A stretch of 64,000 bases of DNA from Myxococcota bacterium (GTDB lineage Bacteria > Myxococcota_A > UBA796 > UBA2385), in the NCBI GenBank assembly GCA_044344255.1, contig JBIJDH010000025.1, positions 1 to 64,000 on the forward strand, in the 5' to 3' direction. The notes below the pieces were generated by a model that ran no database searches, had not been told where the DNA came from, and worked only from the letters and a program-made list of their open reading frames with translations. Both the position numbers and the translations under genes were made by a program. Shown here piece by piece: positions 28,758 to 38,121 of this stretch; position 1 is the stretch's first letter, and each line of letters begins with the position of its first letter.

Positions 28758-31700
28758 TCAGCTCGGCTTCGTGGCAGGAGGGGCGGCGAGGGCCTGGTAG
28801 AGCGCCCAGCGATCGGAGATCTCCTGGCGCGAGGTGCGGATCGCCTCTTGGAAGCGCTCGGGGTTCATCGCCTCGGCGGAGCGGAAGCGGGTCTCGGCGC
28901 GCATGAACCTGCCGAGGTCGCCCTTGGGCTCTCCCGCGTCGAGGTGGAGGGGAGACTCTCCCCGCTCCTTGGCGCGGGGGTCGTAGCGGAAGAGGGGCCA
29001 GTAGCCGCTCTCCACCGCCGCCTTCTGCTGCTCGAGGCCGTGGATGAGGTCGTAGCCGTGGGCGATGCAGTGACTGTACGCGATGATCAGCGAGGGGCCC
29101 GGATAGCTCTCCGCCTCCTGGAAGGCCTTGACCGTCTGGGCGTCCTTGGCCCCGAAGGCGACGCGGGCCACGTAGACGTGGCCATAGGCCATCGCCATCA
29201 GCCCGAGATCCTTCTTGGCCGTGGCCTTCCCGGCCACCGCGAACTTGGCCGAGGCGCCGCGCGGGGTGGCCTTCGACTGTTGACCGCCCGTGTTCGAGTA
29301 GACCTCCGTATCGAGGACGAGGATGTTGACGTCGCGCCCCGTCGAGAGGACGTGGTCGAGGCCGCCGTAGCCGATGTCGTAGGCCCAGCCGTCGCCGCCC
29401 ACCAGCCAGACGCTCTTGCGCACGAGGTAGTCGGCCACCCGGAGGAGCTGCTGCGCCTCGGGGCGGTCAAGCCCGGTGAGGCGCTCCTTCAGGGCCGCCA
29501 CCCGCGCCCGCTGGTCGCGGATGCCGGCGGCGTCTACACGCTCCGGGGCCAGGAGCTCGGCGATGAGCGCGTCACCCACCACCGACCCCAGCCGCTCGAG
29601 GAGCGAACGCGCGAGGAGGGCCTGCTGATCGACCGCGAGACGGAAGCCGAGACCGAATTCCGCGTTGTCCTCGAACAGGGAGTTCGCCCAGGCGGGCCCG
29701 CGCCCGTCCCGATTGACCGTATAGGGCGTGGTCGGCAGGTTGCCGCCATAGATCGACGAGCAGCCCGTCGCGTTGGCGATGAGCAGATGGTCGCCGACGA
29801 GCTGGGTGAGGAGCTTGATGTAGGGCGTCTCCCCGCAGCCGGCGCAGGCGCCCGAGAACTCGAAGAGGGGCTGGAGGAGCTGCGCGGTGCGCAGATCGAC
29901 CTTGATGTCGGCGGGGTCGACCTCGGGCAGATCGACGAAGATGTCCCAATTGGCCCGCTCCACGTCGAGGTGGGGCTCCTGGGGCATCATATCGATCGAC
30001 TTGTGCCTCGGGTTGCTCCGGTCCTTGGCCGGACAGACCGCTACGCAGACGCCGCAGCCGGTACAGTCTTCCGGGGCCACCTGGACGGTGTACTGATGCC
30101 CCTCCAGCTCCTTGCCCTTGAGCGGCACCGTGCGGAAGGAGAGCGGCGCGGACGCTACCGCCTCCGCCGGGTATGCCTTCACGCGGATGGCGGCGTGCGG
30201 GCAGACCATCGCGCACTTGTTACACTGGATACAGATCGCGGGGTCCCAGATGGGGATCTCGCGGGCGAGGTTACGCTTCTCCCAGCGCGCCGTCCCGGTC
30301 GGCCACGTGCCGTCCACCGGGAAGGCGGAGACGGGCAGCTGGTCGCCCTTGTCGGCGAGCATGAGCGCGGTGACCCGCTGGACCAGATCCGGCGCGCCGG
30401 CCGCGACCACGGGGGGGCGGTGCCGAGCGGAGGTCGCGGCCGCGGGCAGCGGCACCTCGTGGAGGTTGGCCAGAGCAGCGTCCACCGCGAGGTGGTTCTG
30501 GGCGAGCACATCGGGGCCGCGGCGGGCGTAGGTCTTGTCGATCGCGTGCTTGATGGCGGCGATCGCCCGCTCGCGGGGCATGACCCCCGAGATGGCGAAC
30601 CAGCAGGTCTGCATGATCGTGTTGATGCGGTTGCCGAGGCCGGCCTCCCGCGCGACCTTGTAGGCGTTGATCGTGTAGAGACGCACGCCCAGCGCGATGG
30701 CCTGGTCCTGGACCTCTCTCGGCAGGCTGTCCCACACCCGGTCGGCGGGGTCGGCGCTGTTGAGCAGCAGGCTGGCCCCGGGCGCGGCGTAGGACAGCAC
30801 GTCGTAACGGTCGAGGAAGCCCGGCTGATGGCAGGCGACGAAGCCCGCCCTGCGCACGAGGTAGGGAGCACGGATGGGCTCGGGGCCGTAGCGCAGGTGG
30901 GAGATCGTGATCGCGCCCGACTTCTTCGAGTCGTAGACGAAGTAGCCCTGGGCGTACATGTCTTCGTCTTCGCCGACGATCTTGATCGAGTTCTTGTTCG
31001 CCCCGACCGTGCCGTCCGAGCCGAGGCCGAAGAAGACGGCGCGGCGGGTCTCGGCGTGCTCGATGTCGAGCTCGTCGTCCCAGGGCAGCGAGCTGCCGCT
31101 CACGTCATCGACGATGCCGATCGTAAAGTGGTTCTTCGGGCGCGGCCGGGCGAGGTTCTCGAAGACCGCCGCCACCATCCCGGGGGTGAACTCCTTCGAG
31201 GCGAGCCCGTAGCGCCCGCCGATGACCCGCAGCTCGTGGTCGAGGCGGCCCTCCGCCCGCGCCTCGGAGACGGCGGCGACGAGGTCGAGGTAGAGCGGCT
31301 CACCGGGGGCCCCGGGCTCCTTGCAGCGATCGAGGACCCCGAGGACGCGGGCGGTGGGCGGCAGGGCGCCGAGCAGGGCCTCCGCGTCAAAGGGCCGATA
31401 GAGGCGCACCCTCAGCACGCCGACCCGCTCGCCCTGTTGCGATAGGGCGGCGGCGGTCTCGGCGGCGGTCTCCCCGCCCGAGCCCATCAGCACGATCACG
31501 CGCTCGGCCTCGGCGTGCCCCGAGTATTCGAAGAGTCGGTAGGCCCGGCCGGTCAGGGTGGCGAATTCGTCCATTACCCCCTGCACGATCGCCGGACAGG
31601 CGGCGTACCAGGGGCTGCAGGCCTCGCGGGCCTGGAAGAAGGTGTCCGGGTTCTGCGCGGTGCCGCGGATGACCGGGCGGTCCGGGGTGAGGGAGCGGGA

Positions 31701-32309
31701 GCGGTGCGCGGCCACGTCCTCCTCGCGGACCAAGGCGCGCAGCGTCTCGTCGGCGAGGGGCCTCACCTTCGCCACCTCATGGCTGGTGCGGAAGCCGTCG
31801 AAGAAGTGGAGGAAGGGGAGGCGGGCGCGGAGGCTGGCGGCGGTGGCGATCAGCGCCATGTCACCCGCTTCCTGAACAGAGCCCGACGACAGGAGCGCGA
31901 AGCCCGTCTGACGGCAGGCCATGACGTCAGAGTGATCGCCGAAGATCGACAGGGCGTGGGTCGCGATGGCCCGCGCCGCGACGTGCATGCAGAAGGCGGT
32001 GAGCTCCCCCGCGATCTTGTACATGTCGGGGATCATGAGCAGCAGGCCCTGGCTGGCCGTGAAGGTGGTCGCGAGGGCGCCCGCTTGTAAGGCCCCGTGT
32101 ACGACGCCCACCGCCCCAGCCTCGGACTGCATCTCCATCACCTGAGGCACCGTCCCCCAGATGTTCTGCTTGCCCTTGACCGCCCACTCGTCGCAGAGCT
32201 CGCCCATCGTGGACGAGGGGGTGATCGGGTAGATCGCGATCACCTCGCTCAGGCGGTGCGCGACGGAGGCCGCTGCTTCGTTTCCATCGACCGTGATCCA
32301 GCTCTCCAT
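28758..32309 (-). CDS. nifJ: Pyruvate:ferredoxin (flavodoxin) oxidoreductase, single-chain
   Basis: DGNEAAA, YPITPS, MQSEAGA, GSDGTVGANK, two 4Fe-4S motifs, GACAGCGETPY, GGDGWAYDIG. Start trimmed to MESWITVDGN. Confidence 0.97.
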   Translation of the reverse strand: MESWITVDGNEAAASVAHRLSEVIAIYPITPSSTMGELCDEWAVKGKQNIWGTVPQVMEMQSEAGAVGVVHGALQAGALATTFTASQGLLLMIPDMYKIAGELTAFCMHVAARAIATHALSIFGDHSDVMACRQTGFALLSSGSVQEAGDMALIATAASLRARLPFLHFFDGFRTSHEVAKVRPLADETLRALVREEDVAAHRSRSLTPDRPVIRGTAQNPDTFFQAREACSPWYAACPAIVQGVMDEFATLTGRAYRLFEYSGHAEAERVIVLMGSGGETAAETAAALSQQGERVGVLRVRLYRPFDAEALLGALPPTARVLGVLDRCKEPGAPGEPLYLDLVAAVSEARAEGRLDHELRVIGGRYGLASKEFTPGMVAAVFENLARPRPKNHFTIGIVDDVSGSSLPWDDELDIEHAETRRAVFFGLGSDGTVGANKNSIKIVGEDEDMYAQGYFVYDSKKSGAITISHLRYGPEPIRAPYLVRRAGFVACHQPGFLDRYDVLSYAAPGASLLLNSADPADRVWDSLPREVQDQAIALGVRLYTINAYKVAREAGLGNRINTIMQTCWFAISGVMPRERAIAAIKHAIDKTYARRGPDVLAQNHLAVDAALANLHEVPLPAAATSARHRPPVVAAGAPDLVQRVTALMLADKGDQLPVSAFPVDGTWPTGTARWEKRNLAREIPIWDPAICIQCNKCAMVCPHAAIRVKAYPAEAVASAPLSFRTVPLKGKELEGHQYTVQVAPEDCTGCGVCVAVCPAKDRSNPRHKSIDMMPQEPHLDVERANWDIFVDLPEVDPADIKVDLRTAQLLQPLFEFSGACAGCGETPYIKLLTQLVGDHLLIANATGCSSIYGGNLPTTPYTVNRDGRGPAWANSLFEDNAEFGLGFRLAVDQQALLARSLLERLGSVVGDALIAELLAPERVDAAGIRDQRARVAALKERLTGLDRPEAQQLLRVADYLVRKSVWLVGGDGWAYDIGYGGLDHVLSTGRDVNILVLDTEVYSNTGGQQSKATPRGASAKFAVAGKATAKKDLGLMAMAYGHVYVARVAFGAKDAQTVKAFQEAESYPGPSLIIAYSHCIAHGYDLIHGLEQQKAAVESGYWPLFRYDPRAKERGESPLHLDAGEPKGDLGRFMRAETRFRSAEAMNPERFQEAIRTSRQEISDRWALYQALAAPPATKPS

Positions 32310-32550
32310 CCGACGCTCCGGTGGCGCGCGATGCACGCCGTGGCGGAGGCTTTGCAAGATCCGTACCCGCTCCCGTCGCAGCGCCGCACCTCGGCCGACC
32401 TGCGCCTCTGTCCCGGGCCGCAGGCTGTCCGGTCGCGTCCGCCCGGAGCGGGCCGGAGGGTGATTTCACACAGACGTCCAATCGAGCTGGGCCTGTCCGC
32501 CCAGGCCGCGGGGGCGTGACGCCACGGGGGTCTGTGGCGGTCCGCTGTGA

Positions 32551-32556
32551 TAGGGT
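32551..32556 (+). promoter_or_regulatory. Candidate extended -10 (TGaTAGGGT), leaderless transcript
   Basis: TANNNT 7 nt before ATG 32564. Confidence 0.5.
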
Positions 32557-32563
32557 CCCGCGA

Positions 32564-34054
32564 ATGTCGAACCCGCCCCCGTCCGCTGAGCCCAGTGAAG
32601 CCGTAAAGTCCACCATCCGGGCTTATGGCGAACGGGTGGAGCAGTTTCTCGAGTACTGTGTCACCTACCAGCGACACGATCCGGATGTCTTCCTTTGGAA
32701 CGCGCGTCGGATCGCCGAGGCGAGCTGCAAGATCGTGCTCCTCGCCGTCACTGGTCGGGTAGACCCGAACCCTGAGGCCAAGCTCGAGAGCCTGATCTCG
32801 GAGGCCAGGGCCAAGGGCGGGCTGGACGACGTCGAATTCACCGCGCTCAAGAACATCCAGGGGAGCTCCAACCACGGGGTTCACGTCCGGACGCACGATC
32901 GGGAGAAGTACCTCAAGCTCGTGGGCTTCGTGAAGCAGCCCCTCGCAGACCTCGTGAGTTGGCTCTACACGCGCAGCCCGGCGCATCTCTGGCTCACGCG
33001 GCCCGACAACCTCGACGAGCAGATCGCGCGGCTGGTCGCCGGCGGACGCAGCGAGCGCGCTCCGCTCGATGAGCTGCGACACCAGGACGCCGAGCTCACG
33101 CGGCTCCGCGCCGAGGCCCACCGGCTGTCCCGCGAGCGAGACGCGCTCACCGGCGAGCGAGACCGGCTCGCCGACCTCCTCCAAGCGGCGCGAAACACCC
33201 TCAAGGACGCCGAGAGCCTGTGGATCGCCGAGCGGCGCGGCCTCGAGCACCGCATGCAGGAGTTGGCCGCCCTCCCCGCGCGGAGCCAGCGTCACTCCGC
33301 CCTCCTCGGCCTCGGCGGGCTGGGGCTGGGGCTGGGCCTCGCCTCCTGTGTGGGCCTCGGGCTCTTTGGCTTCGCCGATCTCGGGATGAGCGGCGGCCTC
33401 GCGGGGGCCTCTGCGGAGATCGCCGTGCACCCCCCAGGCGCGGCGCCGGCCGCGGTCGTCGGGGAGGCCCCCCTCCGCTGCCCCTCCGGGATGGTGCTCA
33501 TCCCCGCGGTCACCCTCCAGCTCGGGCAGCCGGTGGGCGGTCGCACGAAGTGGCCTCGGGCGAGCCCCGAGTCGCTCGACCCCATCGCGGTCGAGGCCTT
33601 CTGTTTCGACGTCGACCCGCTCCGCTGGTTTGAAGTGCCCGAGCCCGTGGCTGGAGGGGTGCGCGCCTCCCGCTGCGCGAAGGCAGCCGGTGAGGTGCAG
33701 CCCGTCGGTTGGGCCGGCTGTCACAGCCGCGCACAGGCGGAGGAGGTCTGCGGGAAGCGCGAGCCCGTGGCCCGCCTCCCGAGCATCGCCGAGTGGGAGG
33801 CCGTCGCGCGCGCGGAGGCCGCGGTGAACATCCCCAAGGGGCGGTTCTGGGAGTGGGCGCAGGATGAGTTCCCGCCGCACATCTTCAACCGGCGCGGCGC
33901 GGCGGAGCGCGACCAGGGCATGTTTCGCCAGCCTCTGCCGACGCAGAGCGCGGCGCTGTCCCCTGTGGGAAATGTCCTGTACTCCTGGAACCAGCACGAC
34001 GTGGACGACGGCGTCAATGTCCTCGGCTTCCGCTGCGCCTTCACCGCGCGGTAG
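32564..34054 (+). CDS. DUF4145/HEPN-like domain + coiled coil + TM + FGE/SUMF1-like domain
   Basis: ARRIAEASCK..LESLI..IQGSSNHGVH, a heptad-rich segment, a Gly/Leu TM, then CPSGMVLIP, RLPSIAEWE, WEWAQD, GFRCA. Confidence 0.7.
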   Translation: MSNPPPSAEPSEAVKSTIRAYGERVEQFLEYCVTYQRHDPDVFLWNARRIAEASCKIVLLAVTGRVDPNPEAKLESLISEARAKGGLDDVEFTALKNIQGSSNHGVHVRTHDREKYLKLVGFVKQPLADLVSWLYTRSPAHLWLTRPDNLDEQIARLVAGGRSERAPLDELRHQDAELTRLRAEAHRLSRERDALTGERDRLADLLQAARNTLKDAESLWIAERRGLEHRMQELAALPARSQRHSALLGLGGLGLGLGLASCVGLGLFGFADLGMSGGLAGASAEIAVHPPGAAPAAVVGEAPLRCPSGMVLIPAVTLQLGQPVGGRTKWPRASPESLDPIAVEAFCFDVDPLRWFEVPEPVAGGVRASRCAKAAGEVQPVGWAGCHSRAQAEEVCGKREPVARLPSIAEWEAVARAEAAVNIPKGRFWEWAQDEFPPHIFNRRGAAERDQGMFRQPLPTQSAALSPVGNVLYSWNQHDVDDGVNVLGFRCAFTAR

Positions 34055-34108
34055 GCCCCCGGTTTGGGGGACTCGCCCCATCCCCGTGGCCTCCGGGGCC
34101 CTTTTTGG

Positions 34109-34114
34109 TAGACT
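34109..34114 (+). promoter_or_regulatory. Candidate -10 element (TAGACT), leaderless transcript
   Basis: TANNNT 6 nt before ATG 34121. Confidence 0.5.
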
Positions 34115-34120
34115 GTGCCG

Positions 34121-35686
34121 ATGTTCGCGTGCGCGCCCGCAACTGGCCTCTTGTCCCGCTCCTGGGGCTGCTCACTCGGCTTCGTGCTCGTCGGCTGCGT
34201 CGCCAACGCCGACGTGGCGCCCCCCTCCTCGGAGGGCCCGCCGCAGGCAGGCTCGGCGGGGCCGGCGGCCCTCGGGCTCCGGGGTGTGGTGGTGGTCAGC
34301 CTCGACACGGTCCGCGCTGACGCGGTCGAGCCCGGAGGGGCCCCGGCCGGCCGCAGCCCCACCCTCGCCGCGCTGGCGGCGGAGTCGGTGATCTTCGAGC
34401 GCGCATATGCCCCCTCGAACGAGACGCTGTTCTCCCACGCCTCCCTGTTCACCGGCCGCTGGCCGAGCCACATCGCGCCCGTCACCTACGATCTGCGCAT
34501 CCCCGACGGCATGCCCACGCTCGCCGGCTCACTCCTGGCACAGGGCTGGTCGACCGGGGCCTTCGTCGGCTCGGGCCAGCTCGCCCGTGTCTTCGGCCTG
34601 GATGACGGCTTCGGCACCTACGTGGAGGGTGGGCAATTCGGCTCGCTTCAGGAGACCGCGCCCCTGGCCCTCCGGTGGATCGATGCGGCCTCGAAGGAGC
34701 CTGGTCGCTTTTTAGCCTTTATCCATGGTTATGACGCACACACGCCCTATCTGAAGCCGGGCCCCTTCTCCCGCTCGGCCACCCCCGGCTACGACGGCCC
34801 CTTGCTGCGGCTGATGGGCCTCCCCCGCATCTGGGAGCTCGCGTATGACGGCGCGCTGTTTCCCGCGCTCGATCCCGAGATGGAACGAAATGGCTCGGGG
34901 ATGTCCTTCCTCGGGCGAGAGGCCCTGCGCCAGCTCCAGCGGGCCGCGGCTGACCCCGCCGCCCCCCGCGTGAAGATGTCGCCGGAAGACCGCGCCTTCG
35001 CCTTGGGCCTCTACCAGACAGGCGTGCTCTATGCCGACCTCTGGCTCGGCGTCATCACCGATGAGCTCGAGCGGATGGGCCTCCTCGACCAGGTGCTGCT
35101 GGTGGTGGTCTCCGATCATGGTGAGGGCCTCTTCGATCATGGGGTCTTCACCCATCGCATGGAGCTGCGGGACTCCGTGGGGCGGGTGGTCACCCTCCTT
35201 CGTTTCCCGCACGCCGCCTCCGCAGGCCTCCGCGTCTCGACGCCGATCTCGCTCACCGATCTGACCCCCACCCTCCTCGGTGCGGTGGGCGCGCCGATCC
35301 CCGCCGGCCTCGACGGCGAGGACGTGCTCCCCTGCGTCCGTGGTCCCTGCTCCGTCGGCCACCTCCCCTACAGTGAGGGGGCCCTCGAGATGGTCTCGAT
35401 CACCGACGGACGGTATCGGCTCCTGGTCGATGGGGTGGCGGCCGCCGATCCCCGCCTCGACCAGTGGCTCCAGGCCCCGCTCTCGGCCAGTCCGGTCGGG
35501 GAACTGCGGGGGGGCGCGGGCGCAGGGGAGGGCCCACCGCCGATCCGTGCCTCCCTGTACGATGAGGGCTCGAGCGGCGGACCGGACCTGGCGGGGGATC
35601 CGGTCCACGCCCCTCGGCTCGAGGCCCTCCGTGCGGCGATGGCGGCGGCGCGCGGGTCCGCGGCAGCCGGTGCGGTCGCTCCATGA
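34121..35686 (+). CDS. Sulfatase-like hydrolase (alkaline phosphatase superfamily), lipoprotein
   Basis: SLDTVRAD, TLFSHASLFTG, HGYDAHTPY, VSDHGE, DLTPTLL. Lipobox LVGC. Confidence 0.85.
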   Translation: MFACAPATGLLSRSWGCSLGFVLVGCVANADVAPPSSEGPPQAGSAGPAALGLRGVVVVSLDTVRADAVEPGGAPAGRSPTLAALAAESVIFERAYAPSNETLFSHASLFTGRWPSHIAPVTYDLRIPDGMPTLAGSLLAQGWSTGAFVGSGQLARVFGLDDGFGTYVEGGQFGSLQETAPLALRWIDAASKEPGRFLAFIHGYDAHTPYLKPGPFSRSATPGYDGPLLRLMGLPRIWELAYDGALFPALDPEMERNGSGMSFLGREALRQLQRAAADPAAPRVKMSPEDRAFALGLYQTGVLYADLWLGVITDELERMGLLDQVLLVVVSDHGEGLFDHGVFTHRMELRDSVGRVVTLLRFPHAASAGLRVSTPISLTDLTPTLLGAVGAPIPAGLDGEDVLPCVRGPCSVGHLPYSEGALEMVSITDGRYRLLVDGVAAADPRLDQWLQAPLSASPVGELRGGAGAGEGPPPIRASLYDEGSSGGPDLAGDPVHAPRLEALRAAMAAARGSAAAGAVAP

Positions 35687-36126
35687 GTCGCCGACCCGGG
35701 TGGCTCGCCGCCCTCCATCTGGCGCTCGTGGCCGGCTGTGCGTCGCCGCCGCCGCTCCAGCACCCCGCGGTCACGACGGCGATGATGCGCCGCTTCGACC
35801 TCGACGGCTCGGGGATGATCGAGGCCGGTGAATGGTCCGCCCTGGCCCTCCCCGGTGTGGAGCCGGGCCCCTGGGACGCCGATGGAGACGGTGAGATTAG
35901 CCCTGCTGAGCTGGAGCGGGGCCTGCTGCTGGTCGACCCGCGGAAGGACCGCGAGGTGCAGCTTCGGGCCCTCGAGCAGGGCCTCGTCACCGACCCGCTG
36001 GTGATCGACGGCCAGCGGATCGGCGGCGCAGGGCCGCGGGGGCCGGGCCCGGGCCCAGGGCCGCGGGTTCGGCGTGCCCCCGGGCGAGGCCCGCCGCCCG
36101 GGCCCGGCGGCGGGGCGGCGCCATGA
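35683..36126 (+). CDS. EF-hand lipoprotein
   Basis: Lipobox VAGC. Loops DLDGSGMIEAGE and DADGDGEISPAE. ATGA overlaps on both sides. Confidence 0.75.
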   Translation: MSRRPGWLAALHLALVAGCASPPPLQHPAVTTAMMRRFDLDGSGMIEAGEWSALALPGVEPGPWDADGDGEISPAELERGLLLVDPRKDREVQLRALEQGLVTDPLVIDGQRIGGAGPRGPGPGPGPRVRRAPGRGPPPGPGGGAAP

Positions 36127-37136
36127 GGGTCGGGTGGGCCCTCCCCCTCGGCCTCGCCTGCGCGTGCTCGCCTGCGCAGCCACCGCTGGCCTATGGCGAG
36201 GCGCCCAGGGTCTCGATCCGCATGGTGGACGGGCTGTCCGCCGTCGACCTCCCTGGGGCGATCCCGATGTGGAGCGCGACCGACGAGCCCGTCGCCGGCC
36301 GGGTGTCCCTGCTGGTCGGCGCGCTGCCGGGGGAGCCGGTAACCGGCTCCCGCACCTTGCCGGTCATCGCCGGTCTCTATGGGCTGCGACCGGTGGCGCG
36401 TGTCACCCCGGGCTTCGTCCCCCCCGGGCACCCACTGAGAGGGGACTTCGCCGAATGGGTCGACGCCGAGCCGCAGGCCTTGATCGAGGCCGCAGCCGAG
36501 GCGGAGGCCGACGCCCTCGCCCTCGCAGGAGGCGCTGCCTTGCTGGTCACCGAGGCCCCCGACCTCGCCGCGGCGCTCGAGGCCGAGGCAGCGCTCGACG
36601 CCGCCCTCACCGAGCGGGGCCTGTCCCGCCGCACCCTGCGGGTGGTGCTGGGCGTGCCTACGGGTTCGCCGGCCGCACCGGGCGGCCTGTCTGGCACCCT
36701 CGCCCTCCGCCTGCTCGGGGCCGAGGGCGAACCCCTCGACGCTCCCTTCGCCTGCGCCATTGATCTCCTCCCCACCTTGCTCGCCGCCGTCGGCGCGGTC
36801 CCTCCCTCCGACGCTCAGGGCCGGGACCTGCGCGCCGAACCTCGGCGACCGGAAGAGGCCTGCGTGCAGCATGGCGCCGATGGGAGCCTCGGCGCCTCGA
36901 GCCCGCTCGGTCACCTCTCTGTCCCGGCCGGCGTCGCGCTCGAGGGTCCGCTCCCCGGCGTCGCGCAGGTCTGGGGCGCGGACGGCGCCCAGCTCCCCGC
37001 GGGCGGGGGCGCGACCGGCGCCGCGCTCTGGGCCGCGCTGGTGCAGCATGAGCAGCGCGCGCGGGCGCAGACGGCCGGGGGCAGGGTCGGAGAGGAGCGG
37101 CTGCGCGGAGTGCTCCGTGCCAACGGGTATTGGTGA
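36123..37136 (+). CDS. Degenerate sulfatase-like lipoprotein
   Basis: IDLLPTLLAAVG..QGRDL and terminal LRANGYW resemble sulfatase C-termini; metal-binding motifs are absent. Confidence 0.6.
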   Translation: MRVGWALPLGLACACSPAQPPLAYGEAPRVSIRMVDGLSAVDLPGAIPMWSATDEPVAGRVSLLVGALPGEPVTGSRTLPVIAGLYGLRPVARVTPGFVPPGHPLRGDFAEWVDAEPQALIEAAAEAEADALALAGGAALLVTEAPDLAAALEAEAALDAALTERGLSRRTLRVVLGVPTGSPAAPGGLSGTLALRLLGAEGEPLDAPFACAIDLLPTLLAAVGAVPPSDAQGRDLRAEPRRPEEACVQHGADGSLGASSPLGHLSVPAGVALEGPLPGVAQVWGADGAQLPAGGGATGAALWAALVQHEQRARAQTAGGRVGEERLRGVLRANGYW

Positions 37137-37323
37137 AGGCACGTCCACAGCGTGGACAGAGCGAGGAGGGATCGGATACGTCGGCCGAGAGGGAGGACGT
37201 CTGAATGGAAATTCGGAGGGTGTGCGACGAGTCGAGTCCCACGCGGTCTGTGCGGATAGCCCCGAGGGGGCAGGGCCACCCCTGGCGCGTCATCGGTGCC
37301 GGCGCGCCGTCGGAGCGCAGGTC

Positions 37324-38121
37324 GTGACAGACCTCAACGAGATCGTCTCCGCCCTCCGCCAGCAGCCCCCACCCTCGGAGGCGTGGGGCGCCGTCGCCCC
37401 TGCCATCGAGCGGCTCAGTCGCCGCGTCCTCGGTCACCTCGCCGACAAGCGCCCCGACGTCTTCGAGGAGGTCGTCGAGGGGGTCATCGAGAAGGCGCAG
37501 ACGCGGCTCCTCATGGGCGTGGGCCTCGGCGAACAGCCGAGGGCCTTCGTGGCCCAGATGCTCCGCCACGCGGCGGCCGACGCGCAGCGCCGCAGGACCG
37601 CCTTTGGCGGCGCCCGCCAGCGGATGTCCGATCACGAGGCGGAGCAGCGGGCGGTCGAGCAGTCCCCGACCGGTCACCGCTTCCCGAGCCCCGACGAGGG
37701 GCTGCGCCAGCGCGAGCTGTTGGTGGCGGTCGAGGCGGTGCTCGAGCAGGCCCTCGCGCAGCGACAGCCCCGGTATCGCTCCGATCTGCAAGACGCGTGG
37801 GACTTCGCCCACCGCCGCGCCGTCGAAGGGCGCTCGATCCGCGCGCAGGTGGAGGCCGAGCGCCCCGAGCTCGACGCCGACGGCCTCCGCAAGGAGACCG
37901 AGCGTCGCACGCGAGCCGGGCAGCGCCTGCGAGACCTCCTGCTGGAGGTGGCCGAGGGCCCAGCGTCGATCGGCGGGGGCGGCGTGCAGGAGGCGGATGC
38001 GGGTGAGCTCCTCCTCGAATACCTGCGCCGCTTGGCTGGCTGTCCGGGCGGCGGGGAGCGCGGCGTCTCGGACCTGGACCCCGTCGAACCCGGGGGCGAA
38101 CCGCCGGAGGACGAATCATGA
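37324..38121 (+). CDS. Divergent ECF sigma-70-like factor
   Basis: Region-2-like PRAFVAQMLRHAAADAQRRR and region-4-like EGRSI..RRTRAGQRLRDLL. GTG start after GGAG; start uncertain. Confidence 0.55.
   Translation: MTDLNEIVSALRQQPPPSEAWGAVAPAIERLSRRVLGHLADKRPDVFEEVVEGVIEKAQTRLLMGVGLGEQPRAFVAQMLRHAAADAQRRRTAFGGARQRMSDHEAEQRAVEQSPTGHRFPSPDEGLRQRELLVAVEAVLEQALAQRQPRYRSDLQDAWDFAHRRAVEGRSIRAQVEAERPELDADGLRKETERRTRAGQRLRDLLLEVAEGPASIGGGGVQEADAGELLLEYLRRLAGCPGGGERGVSDLDPVEPGGEPPEDES

Noticed and set aside
32455..32475. FNR/Rex site upstream of nifJ (GTGATTTCAC)
   Set aside because: Too short and wrongly spaced for either consensus.
11263..34054. Diversity-generating retroelement targeting the two FGE-like domains
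   Set aside because: No reverse transcriptase and no template/variable repeat pair was seen.
34054..34106. Intrinsic terminator (GGCC-TCCGG-GGCC-CTTTTT)
   Set aside because: The stem is short and the T-run abuts the next candidate -10 element, so support is too weak.
32564..35686. FGE domain maturing the adjacent sulfatase
   Set aside because: The sulfatase-like protein has no C/SxPxR motif, and the FGE-like domain lacks the recognisable catalytic Cys pair.
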